DNA of 64,000 nucleotides from Escherichia coli (GTDB lineage Bacteria; Pseudomonadota; Gammaproteobacteria; Enterobacterales; Enterobacteriaceae): NCBI RefSeq assembly GCF_024223415.1, contig NZ_CP100501.1; one strand, 5' to 3'. Shown piece by piece: positions 1 to 9,266 of this stretch (position 1 is its first letter; each line of letters starts with the position of its first letter). The notes under the pieces were generated by a model. It saw only the letters and a program-made list of their open reading frames with translations, ran no database searches and was not told where the DNA came from. The position numbers and the translations under genes were made by a program.

Positions 1-85
1 TCTGTCGGGAACACTTTACGCTTTTTGATCGCATGGCGGATCACGCTGTTTAGCGACTCGATGGCATTCGTCGTATAGATCACTT
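1..85 (-). pseudogene. IS256-family transposase fragment (internal/C-terminal region), cut by the IS629-like insertion and continuing beyond the window edge
   Basis: Reverse-complement translation reads [30 protein letters not shown], the conserved C-terminal motif of IS256-family transposases; abuts the IS629-like left end at 86. Confidence 0.6.
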
Positions 86-139
86 TGAACCGCCCCGGAA
101 ATCCTGGAGACTAAACTTCCTGAGAAAGATGTAAACAGG

Positions 140-466
140 ATGACTAAAAATACTCGTTTTTCCCCCGAAGTCCGTCAACGGGCAGTTCGTATGGTTCTGG
201 AAAGCCAGGGCGAATATGACTCACAATGGGCGGCAATTTGTTCCATTGCTCCAAAGATTGGCTGTACGCCAGAGACCCTGCGTGTCTGGGTTCGCCAGCA
301 TGAGCGGGATACCGGGGGCGGTGATGGTGGGCTCACCACCGCTGAACGTCAGCGTCTGAAAGAGCTGGAACGCGAAAATCGTGAACTGCGCCGCAGTAAC
401 GATATCCTTCGCCAGGCTTCCGCTTATTTTGCGAAGGCGGAGTTCGACCGCCTCTGGAAAAAATAA
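140..466 (+). CDS. IS3-family transposase OrfA (IS629-like, HTH plus leucine-zipper region)
   Basis: 108-aa product [19 protein letters not shown]...; near-identical second copy at 6143..6469. Confidence 0.85.
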   Translation: MTKNTRFSPEVRQRAVRMVLESQGEYDSQWAAICSIAPKIGCTPETLRVWVRQHERDTGGGDGGLTTAERQRLKELERENRELRRSNDILRQASAYFAKAEFDRLWKK

Positions 467-487
467 TGCCACTGCTGGATAAGCTGC

Positions 488-1333
488 GTGAGCTGCAGTG
501 AGCTGCATATTGCCCCGTCAACGTATTACCACTGTCAGCAACAGCAGCATCATCCTGATAAACGCAGCGCCCGTGCGCAGCGTGATGACTGGCTGAAGAA
601 AGAGATACAGCGCGTATACGATGAAAATCACCAGGTGTACGGTGTGCGTAAAGTCTGGCGTCAGTTGTTACGGGAAGGTATCAGAGTGGCCAGATGCACT
701 GTGACACGTCTTATGGCGGTTATGGGTTTTGCCGGTGTTCTCCGGGGTAAAAAGGTCCGCATTACCGTCAGCCGGAAAGCCGTTGCCGCAGGCGACCGCG
801 TAAACCGTCATTTCGTGGCAGAACGTCCTGACCAGCTGTGGGTGGCTGATTTTACTTACGTCAGCACATGGCAGGGCTTTGTTTATGTGGCGTTCATCAT
901 TGATGTGTTTGCCGGATACATCGTGGGATGGCGGGTCTCCTCGTCCATGGAAACGACATTCGTGCTGGATGCACTGGAGCAGGCGTTGTGGGCCCGTCGT
1001 CCATCTGGCACCATCCATCACAGCGATAAAGGCTCTCAGTATGTATCGCTGGCCTACACGCAGCGGCTTAAGGAAGTCGGATTACTGGCATCAACAGGGA
1101 GCACAGGCGACTCGTATGACAACGCGATGGCGGAGAGCATCAATGGTCTTTACAAGGCGGAGGTAATACACCGTAAGAGCTGGAAAAACCGGACAGAAGT
1201 GGAGCTGGCTACACTCACGTGGGTGGACTGGTATAACAATCGACGATTGCTGGAAAGGCTGGGCCATACTCCCCCGGCAGAAGCAGAAAAAGCTTATTAT
1301 GCTTCCATCGGAAACAATGATCTGGCAGCCTGA
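488..1333 (+). CDS. IS3-family transposase OrfB (DDE integrase domain), N-terminus altered by the small internal deletion
   Basis: 281-aa product similar to the 296-aa OrfB at 5256..6146 but with multiple substitutions and a shortened N-terminus. Confidence 0.75.
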   Translation: MSCSELHIAPSTYYHCQQQQHHPDKRSARAQRDDWLKKEIQRVYDENHQVYGVRKVWRQLLREGIRVARCTVTRLMAVMGFAGVLRGKKVRITVSRKAVAAGDRVNRHFVAERPDQLWVADFTYVSTWQGFVYVAFIIDVFAGYIVGWRVSSSMETTFVLDALEQALWARRPSGTIHHSDKGSQYVSLAYTQRLKEVGLLASTGSTGDSYDNAMAESINGLYKAEVIHRKSWKNRTEVELATLTWVDWYNNRRLLERLGHTPPAEAEKAYYASIGNNDLAA

Positions 1334-1372
1334 GTTCACAGACAAAACATTCTCCAGGAAACCCGGGGCGGT

Positions 1373-1834
1373 TCAGTTTTGCCATTCTACAACCTGCTCC
1401 ATCACGGCATCGGTAACCTTTGATATCAGTGCCGGTGAAACATCTGCGTCATACAGTTCTTTGAACGCAGCGGCTATCTCACGGGTGGTCATCCCTTTGG
1501 CATACAACGAGAGGATCTGGTTATCCATCCCGGTAATACGGGTCTGATTTTTCTTTACCAGTTGTGGTTCGAAGGTACCGTCACGATCGCGCGGAGTACG
1601 CAGTTCCAGTGGACCGTCGCCTGTGATAACGGTCTTTGTGGAATAACCGTTGCGGGAGTTAGCTCCTGGTCTGGACTGATTTTTCTCATACCCAAGATGG
1701 TGTGTCATCTCTGCATTGAGAGCGGCTTCAACGCTGAGCTTTTTCAGCAGCCGATCAAACTGACTGAGGTCTTCAGGGGTTTTGAGGTTTTTGGCCAGTT
1801 CGTTAGCCAGAGCCTGTAACTGTTTTTCGTCCAT
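1373..1834 (-). pseudogene. IS256-family transposase N-terminal fragment (153 codons), reading frame runs into the IS629-like right end
   Basis: Product MDEKQLQALANELAKNLKTPEDLSQFDRLL...LYAKGMTTREIAAAFKELYDADVSPALISKVTDAV matches the conserved N-terminus of IS256-family transposases; the central part of the gene is absent. Confidence 0.7.
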
Positions 1835-1920
1835 AAATTAACCTTCATTTGATGCTGGATTGAACATATCAAAATCAGGCAATTACACAAATCTATGTAC
1901 AGGCTCTTCCGCTGGCTGGC

Positions 1921-2166
1921 TCACCTGCGTCGCGCCGGCTGCCAGGTAAACGTGTTCTCTGCGGCACGATACGCTTTTGTTCGTTGAGCCTTTGCGGTTC
2001 TCGCTTTGCGCTCTGCCCGAATCATTCTCAAAACTTTTACACGCACTTTTCTCTTAACTTCCCGTGGCAGTTCATCCCTGCCGGACAACTTTAACTGTGC
2101 AGCCTGTGCGGCATAAGCATCGTTGATACGCTTACGTTCTGCTTCCGTCAGTTTCATCCAAGACAT
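1921..2166 (-). CDS. hypothetical small basic protein (81 aa)
   Basis: ORF preceded by a strong AGGAGG Shine-Dalgarno about 6 nt upstream of ATG; lysine/arginine-rich product; no family recognised. Confidence 0.45.
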   Translation of the reverse strand: MSWMKLTEAERKRINDAYAAQAAQLKLSGRDELPREVKRKVRVKVLRMIRAERKARTAKAQRTKAYRAAENTFTWQPARRR

Positions 2167-2304
2167 AATTCCTCCTGGTGACTTATCCGTGTTATGTCTT
2201 TAATCTGTATCCCCTTCGTTGCTATGCCTCCGGGATATCAGGTATTACCTTTCGAAGAATTTTATAAAAAACCACCTGTGCAGAGGGAAAGAGTGGATTT
2301 GCCC

Positions 2305-3210
2305 CTATATTTCCAGACATCTGTTATCACTTAACCCATTACAGGCCCGCTGCCGCAGATATTCCCGTGGCGAGCGATAACCCAACGCACTATGCGGATG
2401 CCATTCGTTATAATGCTCGAACGCCTCTGCAAGGTTCTTTGCTGCCGTTAACCCGTCTGGTTTGGGCATGACACTGATGTAGTCACGCTTTATCGTTTTC
2501 ACGAAGCTCTCTGCTATGCCGTTACTCTCCGGACTCCGCACCGCCGTGTTCTTCGGTTCAAGCCCCAACATCCGGGCAAACTGCCGTGTTTCATTAGCCC
2601 GGTAGCATGAACCATTATCCGTCAGCCACTCTACTGGAGACGCCGGAAGCTCGTTGCCGAAGCGGCGTTCCACCGCTCCTGGCATGACGTCCTGTACTGT
2701 TTCACTGTTGAAGCCGCCCGTAGTGACCGCCCAGTGCAGTGCCTCACGGTCACAGCAGTCCAGCGCGAACGTGACTCGCAGTTTTTCTCCGTTATCACAG
2801 CGGAACTCGAACCCGTCAGAGCACCATCGCTGATTACTTTCTTTCACAGCCACTCTGCCGGTATGTGCCCGTTTCGATGGCGGTACAGCGGTTTTTCGCT
2901 CAAGCAACAGCGCATTCTGGCGCATGATCCGGTAAATACGTTTGGCATTGATCGCAGGCATACCTTCAAGTTCTGTTTGTCTGCGAAGCAGCGCCCATAC
3001 CCGACGATAACCATATGTGGGTAGCTCTCCGATAACATGGTGTATACGGCGAAGCACATCCGTATCATCCGTGTGACGGCTGCGGCGGCCGTCCTTCCAG
3101 TCATCGGCTCGTCTGAGAATGACGTGCAACTGCGCACGCGACACCCGGAGACAACGGCTGACGAAGCTTACTCCCCATCCCCGGGCAATAAGGGCGCGTG
3201 CGCTATCCAC
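2305..3210 (-). CDS. insD: IS2 transposase OrfB (DDE), normally expressed as an InsCD frameshift fusion
   Basis: 301-aa product recognised as IS2 InsD; overlaps insC in the -1 frame. Confidence 0.9.
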   Translation of the reverse strand: MDSARALIARGWGVSFVSRCLRVSRAQLHVILRRADDWKDGRRSRHTDDTDVLRRIHHVIGELPTYGYRRVWALLRRQTELEGMPAINAKRIYRIMRQNALLLERKTAVPPSKRAHTGRVAVKESNQRWCSDGFEFRCDNGEKLRVTFALDCCDREALHWAVTTGGFNSETVQDVMPGAVERRFGNELPASPVEWLTDNGSCYRANETRQFARMLGLEPKNTAVRSPESNGIAESFVKTIKRDYISVMPKPDGLTAAKNLAEAFEHYNEWHPHSALGYRSPREYLRQRACNGLSDNRCLEI

Positions 3211-3533
3211 TTTTTTGCTCGCCCATATTCAACGGCTTCTTTAAGGAGTTCATTTTCCATCGTTTTTTTGCCGAGCAGACGCTGGAGTTCTTTAATCTGC
3301 TTCATGGCGGCAGCAAGTTCAGAGGCAGGAACGATCTGTTCTCCGGCAGCCACAGCAGTAAGACTTCCCTCCTGGTATTGCTTACGCCAGAGAAATAGCT
3401 GGCTGGCTGCCACACCATGTTGCCGGGCAACAAGGGAGACCGTCATTCCCGGTTCAAAGCTCTGCTGAACGATAGCGATCTTTTCCTGTGTAGTACGCCG
3501 TCTGCGTTTCTCCGGCCCTAAGACATCAATCAT
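3168..3533 (-). CDS. insC: IS2 transposase OrfA
   Basis: Product [56 protein letters not shown]... recognised as IS2 InsC; the ORF track extends it with an upstream alternative start. Confidence 0.9.
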   Translation of the reverse strand: MIDVLGPEKRRRRTTQEKIAIVQQSFEPGMTVSLVARQHGVAASQLFLWRKQYQEGSLTAVAAGEQIVPASELAAAMKQIKELQRLLGKKTMENELLKEAVEYGRAKKWIAHAPLLPGDGE

Positions 3534-4419
3534 CTGTTCTCCAATGACTAGTCTAAAAACTAGTATTAAGACTATCACTTATTTAAGTGATATTGGTTGT
3601 CTGGAGATTCAGGGGGCCAGTCTAAAGAGTAAGGAACTTACTGATTCATTTAATATTATTATCCATCAATAACTGAGCATACAAAAAAATAACAAAACTC
3701 TGACACAGATACAACCAGCTCTCTCTATATCAGACTGACATTCTTCTCAAAAAGAGGCGTGTTCTGGAACACGGAACAGAAGCAATGAACATTGTAGACA
3801 GAAACACACTCTGTTTTTTACACGAGGATATATGTCGGGAAAATCAGGCAGAAGAAATTAAAGGACTTTGTGCATACAAAGGGAAAGCGCGTTTCCGGTG
3901 CACCATATTAGATATTATCCCTGCTACAAACACCAGAGACGCGCTCATAACTCTTCTAGCGTAAAATATCCTTTCAGGCAAGGAAAAGGTCGTGATACAG
4001 AATCACGACCTTAATTTTATCGAAAACACGGATTTTAGTATGCACATGACTGTACTCCTCAGGAGTACAGGGAAATCATAATCAGTAACAAAAACACCCG
4101 GCAACAAAAATTTAACGCGTTTACGCTATTTTTGTGACAAATATTGCAAATATGGAATCACTGTATTTTTACTGCAACAAAATCTGGTTGATCCACAGGC
4201 GGATCCGGGGTAAAAAATTATCCGGAATGTTTCTGCGTGGTGTGGTAAAACCTCTAGCCGGATTGCCTTTGCAGCAACGCAGGAACATTCCATCCTTTAT
4301 CAGTACTCCTGACGCTGTAAAGACCTGGCTGATGCAGACAGGACTGCTGATATCGAATCAAAGCTTTCTCATTTTTTCGCGTACACAAAATAAAACAAAT
4401 CAGGCAATTCCTTACACTC

Positions 4420-4448
4420 CCCCTCTAAAATTGAGGGGTTTTTTTTTA
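4420..4448 (+). terminator. putative intrinsic terminator (GC hairpin CCCCTC/GAGGGG followed by T9)
   Basis: Read directly: ccccctctaaaattgaggggttttttttt. Confidence 0.4.
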
Positions 4449-4759
4449 CCATATAAATTACTTGCACAGCTTTTAAAAAAATTGCAAATCTTTACTGTAG
4501 TGTCGGGCTTCATGTAGCTCAACAGGGCATGGACTAAAAAGAAGTAAACCCATCTTTTATCTCCCTGATATGGGGGTCTTTGTGGCATAAAGAATTCCTT
4601 GAATTATTATTTTGATCATATCAACATGAAAAGAATAATACTCTGACTTTTGATTTCCAGTGCCAGATATAAAATCAAATTCACTGTAAATATCACATAA
4701 TGATATCTGGCTGCCCCCAGTCACTTCCTGTATTCAGCCACACATATAAGCCCCCTGAA

Positions 4760-4798
4760 TTTCCTTGTGGTTTTTATGTGATAAAAACCACAAGGAAA
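4760..4798. repeat. perfect 17-bp inverted repeat with 5-nt loop (TTTCCTTGTGGTTTTTA tgtga TAAAAACCACAAGGAAA)
   Basis: Read directly from sequence; lies in the AT-rich non-coding island. Confidence 0.6.
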
Positions 4799-4885
4799 CG
4801 ATGGTTGAAATAATATTTAAAATGTGAAAGATATCACCCGTAGAATTTTTCAATCCGACACTCCATAGAATGGACCTTTAAGATT

Positions 4886-4915
4886 TAATCCTCATCATGT
4901 ATGAGGATTTTTTTT
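4886..4915 (+). terminator. putative intrinsic terminator (AATCCTCAT/ATGAGGATT hairpin followed by T8)
   Basis: Read directly: aatcctcatcatgtatgaggatttttttt. Confidence 0.4.
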
Positions 4916-5255
4916 CTGGCAGACAAAAATATCTTTTCAGCAATCCCTGTTCAGTTCCGGTTCTGGTGACTCTGGAAGAGGTATTGTTACACGCTATAAC
5001 CTGCCGGAATGACTCAGGTCCGTTCATCTCTGATACCATTAAAAGAAGCATTAAGCACATTCTGAGCGCCTCTTACAGAAGAAGCGGAACGCGTTCCTGG
5101 CTCCTGTTGCATAATCTTACTAACCCCATGGTTTTCTTGACTGCCAGAAACGCGCCCACAGTTTTTTTAGCCTGTCTCCGGTTCCTTGTCTAGAATACTG
5201 TTGATTTTTTGTTTGAACCGCCCCGGGTTTCCTGGAGAGTGTTTTATCTGTGAAC

Positions 5256-6146
5256 TCAGGCTGCCAGATCATCGTTTCCGATGGAAGCATAATAAGCTTT
5301 TTCTGCTTCTGCCGGTGGGATATGGCCCAGCCTTTCCAGCAATCGTCGATTGTTATACCAGTCCACCCACGTGAGTGTGGCCAGCTCCACTTCTGTCCGG
5401 TTTTTCCAGCTCTTACGGTGTATTACCTCCGCTTTGTAAAGGCCATTGATGCTCTCCGCCATCGCGTTGTCATACGAGTCACCAGTACTTCCTGTTGATG
5501 CCAGTAATCCGGCTTCCTTAAGCCGCTGTGTGTAGGCCAGCGATACATACTGAGAACCTTTATCACTGTGATGGACTGTGCCGGACGGTCGACGGGCCCA
5601 TAACGCCTGCTCCAGAGCATCCAGCACGAATGTCGTTTCCATGGACGATGAGACCCGCCACCCCACGATGTATCCGGCAAACACATCAATGATGAACGCC
5701 ACATAGACGACCCCCTGCCATGTGCTGACGTAAGTAAAATCAGCCACCCACAACTGGTCAGGACGTTCTGCCACAAACTGACGGTTTACGCGGTCGCCTG
5801 CGGCAACGGCTTTCCGGCTGACGGTAGTGCGGACCTTTTTACCCCGGAGAACACCGGCAAGTCCCATAACCGCTATGAGGCGCGCCACTGTACATCTGGC
5901 TACCCTGATTCCTTCCCGTAACAACTGACGCCAGACTTTACGCACACCGTATACCTGATGATTCCCATCGTATACGCGCAGTATCTCTTTCTTCAGCCAG
6001 TCATCGCGCTGCGCACGGGCACTGCGTTTATAAGGATGATGTCGCTGTTGCTGACAGTGGTAATACGTTGACGGGGCAATATGTAGTTCACTGCATACCG
6101 GTCCGACCCCGTACAGCTTACGCAGCTTATCCAGCAGTGGCATCAC
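5256..6146 (-). CDS. IS3-family transposase OrfB (IS629-like), intact length
   Basis: 296-aa product with DDE-type integrase region; overlaps orfA as usual for IS3-family frameshift expression. Confidence 0.85.
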   Translation of the reverse strand: MMPLLDKLRKLYGVGPVCSELHIAPSTYYHCQQQRHHPYKRSARAQRDDWLKKEILRVYDGNHQVYGVRKVWRQLLREGIRVARCTVARLIAVMGLAGVLRGKKVRTTVSRKAVAAGDRVNRQFVAERPDQLWVADFTYVSTWQGVVYVAFIIDVFAGYIVGWRVSSSMETTFVLDALEQALWARRPSGTVHHSDKGSQYVSLAYTQRLKEAGLLASTGSTGDSYDNAMAESINGLYKAEVIHRKSWKNRTEVELATLTWVDWYNNRRLLERLGHIPPAEAEKAYYASIGNDDLAA

Positions 6147-6469
6147 TTTTTCCAGAGGCGGTCGAACTCCGCCTTCGCAAAATAAGCGGAAGCCTGGCGA
6201 AGGATATCGTTACTGCGGCGCAGTTCACGATTTTCACGTTCCAGCTCTTTCAGACGCTGACGTTCAGCGGTGGTGAGCCCGCCATCACCGCCTCCGGTAT
6301 CCCGCTCATGCTGGCGTACCCAGACACGCAGGGTCTCTGGCGTACAGCCAATCTTTGGAGCAATGGAACAAATTGCCGCCCACTGTGAGTCATATTCGCC
6401 CTGACTTTCCAGAACCATACGAATCGCCCTCTGACGGACTTCGGGGGAAAAACGAGTATTTTTAGTCAT
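6143..6469 (-). CDS. IS3-family transposase OrfA (IS629-like)
   Basis: 108-aa product differing from the 140..466 copy at one residue (V16I). Confidence 0.85.
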   Translation of the reverse strand: MTKNTRFSPEVRQRAIRMVLESQGEYDSQWAAICSIAPKIGCTPETLRVWVRQHERDTGGGDGGLTTAERQRLKELERENRELRRSNDILRQASAYFAKAEFDRLWKK

Positions 6470-6523
6470 TCTGTTTACCTCTTTCTCAGGGAGTTTAGTC
6501 TCCAGGATTCCCGGGGCGGTTCA

Positions 6524-6707
6524 GCGTGATCCGCCATGCGATCAAAAAGCGTAAAGTGTTCCCGACAGACGACTCGGTGAAAAAAGTGGTGTGGCTGGCA
6601 ATCCAGTCTGCGTCCCGGAAATGGACGATGCCGTTGAAGGACTGGCGAATGGCAATGAGCCGCTTTATTATCGAGTTCGGTGACCGCCTGGACGGTCACT
6701 TCTGAGA
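6524..6707 (+). pseudogene. IS256-family transposase C-terminal fragment abutting the IS629-like copy 2
   Basis: In-frame translation VIRHAIKKRKVFPTDDSVKKVVWLAIQSASRKWTMPLKDWRMAMSRFIIEFGDRLDGHF-stop; shares about 45 bp with the window-start fragment in inverted orientation. Confidence 0.65.
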
Positions 6708-6780
6708 AAGGCATTTACACAGAATCTTAAACAGGCTCAAGTGAAGCTAAGCACACAATCAATTCAGGTCTTTGACATCC

Positions 6781-6849
6781 TCCATCTTAACTTCCAAAGG
6801 GTACTCCCGCCGACATAAGGCGGGAGTACCCTTTGGAAGTTAAGATGGA
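6781..6849. repeat. perfect palindrome: 31-bp arms separated by a 7-nt loop
   Basis: TCCATCTTAACTTCCAAAGGGTACTCCCGCC gacataa GGCGGGAGTACCCTTTGGAAGTTAAGATGGA verified base by base. Confidence 0.85.
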
Positions 6850-6992
6850 AAACCGACATAAGAACCCTCTGTTATCCTGAAACTCTTATATTTATATAAC
6901 TTGTGAAGGCGTTATGCACACAACCAATCTTCGCAAAGTCGGCGTCTCGTTGACATCCTCCACGCCCTGACGAATGTGGAGGAATGTCAATA

Positions 6993-9266
6993 TTAATGTC
7001 CGGGCCACTCCTGTTGTTCAGTGACGTGATGTGATATTTCTTCTTTAGCTGTAGCCTCATTCTGGAGGTTTGAAGTAAATATACGCTCCATTGTTTGTGC
7101 AACCGATGGTGGCATTTTTTCTTCCACACGTTCCTCTTCCGGACAACTCTGTGTGATATAGCATACGTGCCGTTCTTCCCGGGATGTGGTATTGATGATG
7201 TGAACTGCCTTGTTCCACAGGCTGTTTCCCCGGGCAGAGATATCTGTATCATATTGCGGAAGCAGATCCAGCGATGTTTGTGTTTCGTTAAGCTGCTTCT
7301 GGAAGGTATCGATGATACGGTAAGGCTCTGTACGGTTTTTACGACGTTTACGGGATGGTTTTGCTGTCAGTACACCAATAATGCTGCTGACATGCTCCGG
7401 TGTGGGAAAACGGCGCTGCACTGTCCTGGGGACGAGACGGCGGAGACGCTCCAGGCGGGGGGCTTCAACGGAAATATAGCGGTTGATGACCACCGGATCA
7501 CTGTCGCAACTTTTCTCGCTGTCCGGAATATACACAGAGGCTGACGGCACCACATCCCCCTGGAAAACGGTAAAGAACTCACCGGCATTCAGTCTGATCA
7601 AATCCTGCACGTCGATTTTGCTTTCCATCTGGATGGTGATCTGGTTACCGTCCACCCAGGACTCACCCATCACACCATCGTGGCGCTGCAGGCTGCCCAT
7701 TCTGGCCCGAGCCTCTTCACCGGCGGCATTTTTCACCGTTCTTGCCGTTTTGTCGTCACTGACAATGCGTCCGGCGAATTTGGTGCCGGCGTTCTGCATC
7801 AGTGTGGCGGTGTTGGTGGCGGAGGTCTGCCCTTCAATTCGCTCCTGATCCTGCGCCATCATTATCAGGGAAAACTCCAGTGAACGTACCTGGGTGGCCT
7901 CCACAGCAATGCGGTCTGTGTAGTAGGCACCGACTTCGTCAAGGATACAGATATAGGGGAAGCGGCCTTTGTATTTTTTTACTTCCAGGGTCTGTGCGTC
8001 TGTGCCTTCCAGGCGGTAGCCCAGGTCACGGGCGAGGATCATGCTCTGCTGGGTGATGAACATACGACCGAGTGCCGACGTGGTATGGGCTGATGTGTCC
8101 AGTGCGGGGATCATCACAATCAGAATTCGGTCGCTGTGGATACTGTCGCGAATATCGATGTCGCCGGCATCTGCCGCAAAGACGTCCCCGAAGGTTTCGG
8201 CAAAGGTTGTGAATGTTTCCGAGAACTGACCGGAGAGATAAGCATGCTGTTTACGGGGCTCCTCAGTCCAGGCTGACGGCGTTCTCACCAGTGACATATC
8301 GAATCCCGGAACGTCCTGCAGGTAATTTCTCAGTGGTGCGATGGCTTCTTCCGGCCACTGGTCATCAAGCCCACGGCAATAGAGTTTTGCCATACCTTCC
8401 AGCGTCATATGCTCCCGTAACATCTGCAGGGACATGGTTTTTCTTTCCCGGACGCACCAGAATTTTGTGCCAAAGACCAGGGCTTTGTTCATGGCTATCG
8501 CCCGTGACTGCCATTCACCCCCCTGAACGTTCTGGGGAAGCATGGACTGCATGGTTTCGGCGGTGAAGGCTTCGGTGCTGAATGCGAACGGGTTCCAGGT
8601 GTTTGACTGTGGGCGGGATTTTTCGCCGCTCTGAATGATTTCACTGCGGGATTTTCCGCCGTTCATGAAGTTGATGACCTCGATATCATCCTCCCGGCCA
8701 AAACGTCGGGAGAGATACCAGATTGTCCTCGTGGTATCGTTCTGTGCCTTTCCGTCAACAAAGGTAAAGCCTCTTCCCCAGCAGAGAGGGTTGAGCAGCC
8801 AGGCAAAGGTGGTTTCTGTTTTACCGCCACCGGTGGTGGAAAAAAATATGATATGCCGGGTGAGGTCATCCATGCTCAGCCAGAGCTCACGACCGATATC
8901 GTTGATACGGCGGTAACCGACATAAAAAATCCCCCGTGCGGGGGATGTTTCATCTGCTTCATACTGAAACAGGGTGGGCCAGAAGCTGAAGAGGCTTCGC
9001 CTGACCTTTCTGTCCTGGGAGGGGTCATCAAGGCTGAGCGTCATGGGCATACGCAGGGGGCATCGCCAGCGTTGCAGCGTGAATATCACGGAGGTGACCA
9101 GGGTGAACAGCAGACAGACAGGAAGGGCCAGTGGCCATATCAGGGCCGTAATGATACTGCCGGCCAGACACAGACCAATGATGTTCAGGTTGTGCAGTGC
9201 ATTCCACAGCGGGTTTCCCCAGGCCGTGCGGTGTATGAGGTCAGGATTAACGTGATGCTGGCTCAT
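6993..9266 (-). CDS. trbC: type IV coupling protein, DotL/IcmO-like ATPase (TrbC of IncI-type plasmids)
   Basis: 757-aa product with Walker A-like FFSTTGGGKTE and N-terminal TM segments; position after trbA-trbB; assignment by recalled homology to R64 TrbC. Confidence 0.75.
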   Translation of the reverse strand: MSQHHVNPDLIHRTAWGNPLWNALHNLNIIGLCLAGSIITALIWPLALPVCLLFTLVTSVIFTLQRWRCPLRMPMTLSLDDPSQDRKVRRSLFSFWPTLFQYEADETSPARGIFYVGYRRINDIGRELWLSMDDLTRHIIFFSTTGGGKTETTFAWLLNPLCWGRGFTFVDGKAQNDTTRTIWYLSRRFGREDDIEVINFMNGGKSRSEIIQSGEKSRPQSNTWNPFAFSTEAFTAETMQSMLPQNVQGGEWQSRAIAMNKALVFGTKFWCVRERKTMSLQMLREHMTLEGMAKLYCRGLDDQWPEEAIAPLRNYLQDVPGFDMSLVRTPSAWTEEPRKQHAYLSGQFSETFTTFAETFGDVFAADAGDIDIRDSIHSDRILIVMIPALDTSAHTTSALGRMFITQQSMILARDLGYRLEGTDAQTLEVKKYKGRFPYICILDEVGAYYTDRIAVEATQVRSLEFSLIMMAQDQERIEGQTSATNTATLMQNAGTKFAGRIVSDDKTARTVKNAAGEEARARMGSLQRHDGVMGESWVDGNQITIQMESKIDVQDLIRLNAGEFFTVFQGDVVPSASVYIPDSEKSCDSDPVVINRYISVEAPRLERLRRLVPRTVQRRFPTPEHVSSIIGVLTAKPSRKRRKNRTEPYRIIDTFQKQLNETQTSLDLLPQYDTDISARGNSLWNKAVHIINTTSREERHVCYITQSCPEEERVEEKMPPSVAQTMERIFTSNLQNEATAKEEISHHVTEQQEWPGH

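Larger units (their letters stand above)
86..1374 (+). mobile_element. IS3-family insertion sequence, IS629/IS1203-like, copy 1 (about 21 bp shorter than copy 2 at the orfA/orfB junction)
   Basis: Terminal sequence TGAACCGCCCCGG at 86 and its inverted partner ending GGTTCA at 1374; orfA and orfB in IS3-family arrangement; aligned by eye to copy 2. Confidence 0.8.
2294..3624 (-). mobile_element. IS2, complete copy (1331 bp) flanked by 5-bp direct repeat AAGAG
   Basis: Characteristic IS2 ends (TGGATTTGCCCCTAT... at 2294; ...CAGGGGGCCAGTCTA at 3624); AAGAG at 2289..2293 and 3625..3629; insC and insD inside. Confidence 0.9.
5216..6523 (-). mobile_element. IS3-family insertion sequence, IS629/IS1203-like, copy 2 (apparently full length, 1308 bp)
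   Basis: Terminal TGAACCGCCCCGG motifs at both ends in inverted orientation; orfA/orfB pair; diverged from copy 1. Confidence 0.85.

Noticed and set aside
4134-4517. 127-aa ORF in the AT-rich island
   Set aside because: Low-complexity product, no ribosome-binding site, and it reads through a strong hairpin plus T-run terminator-like structure.
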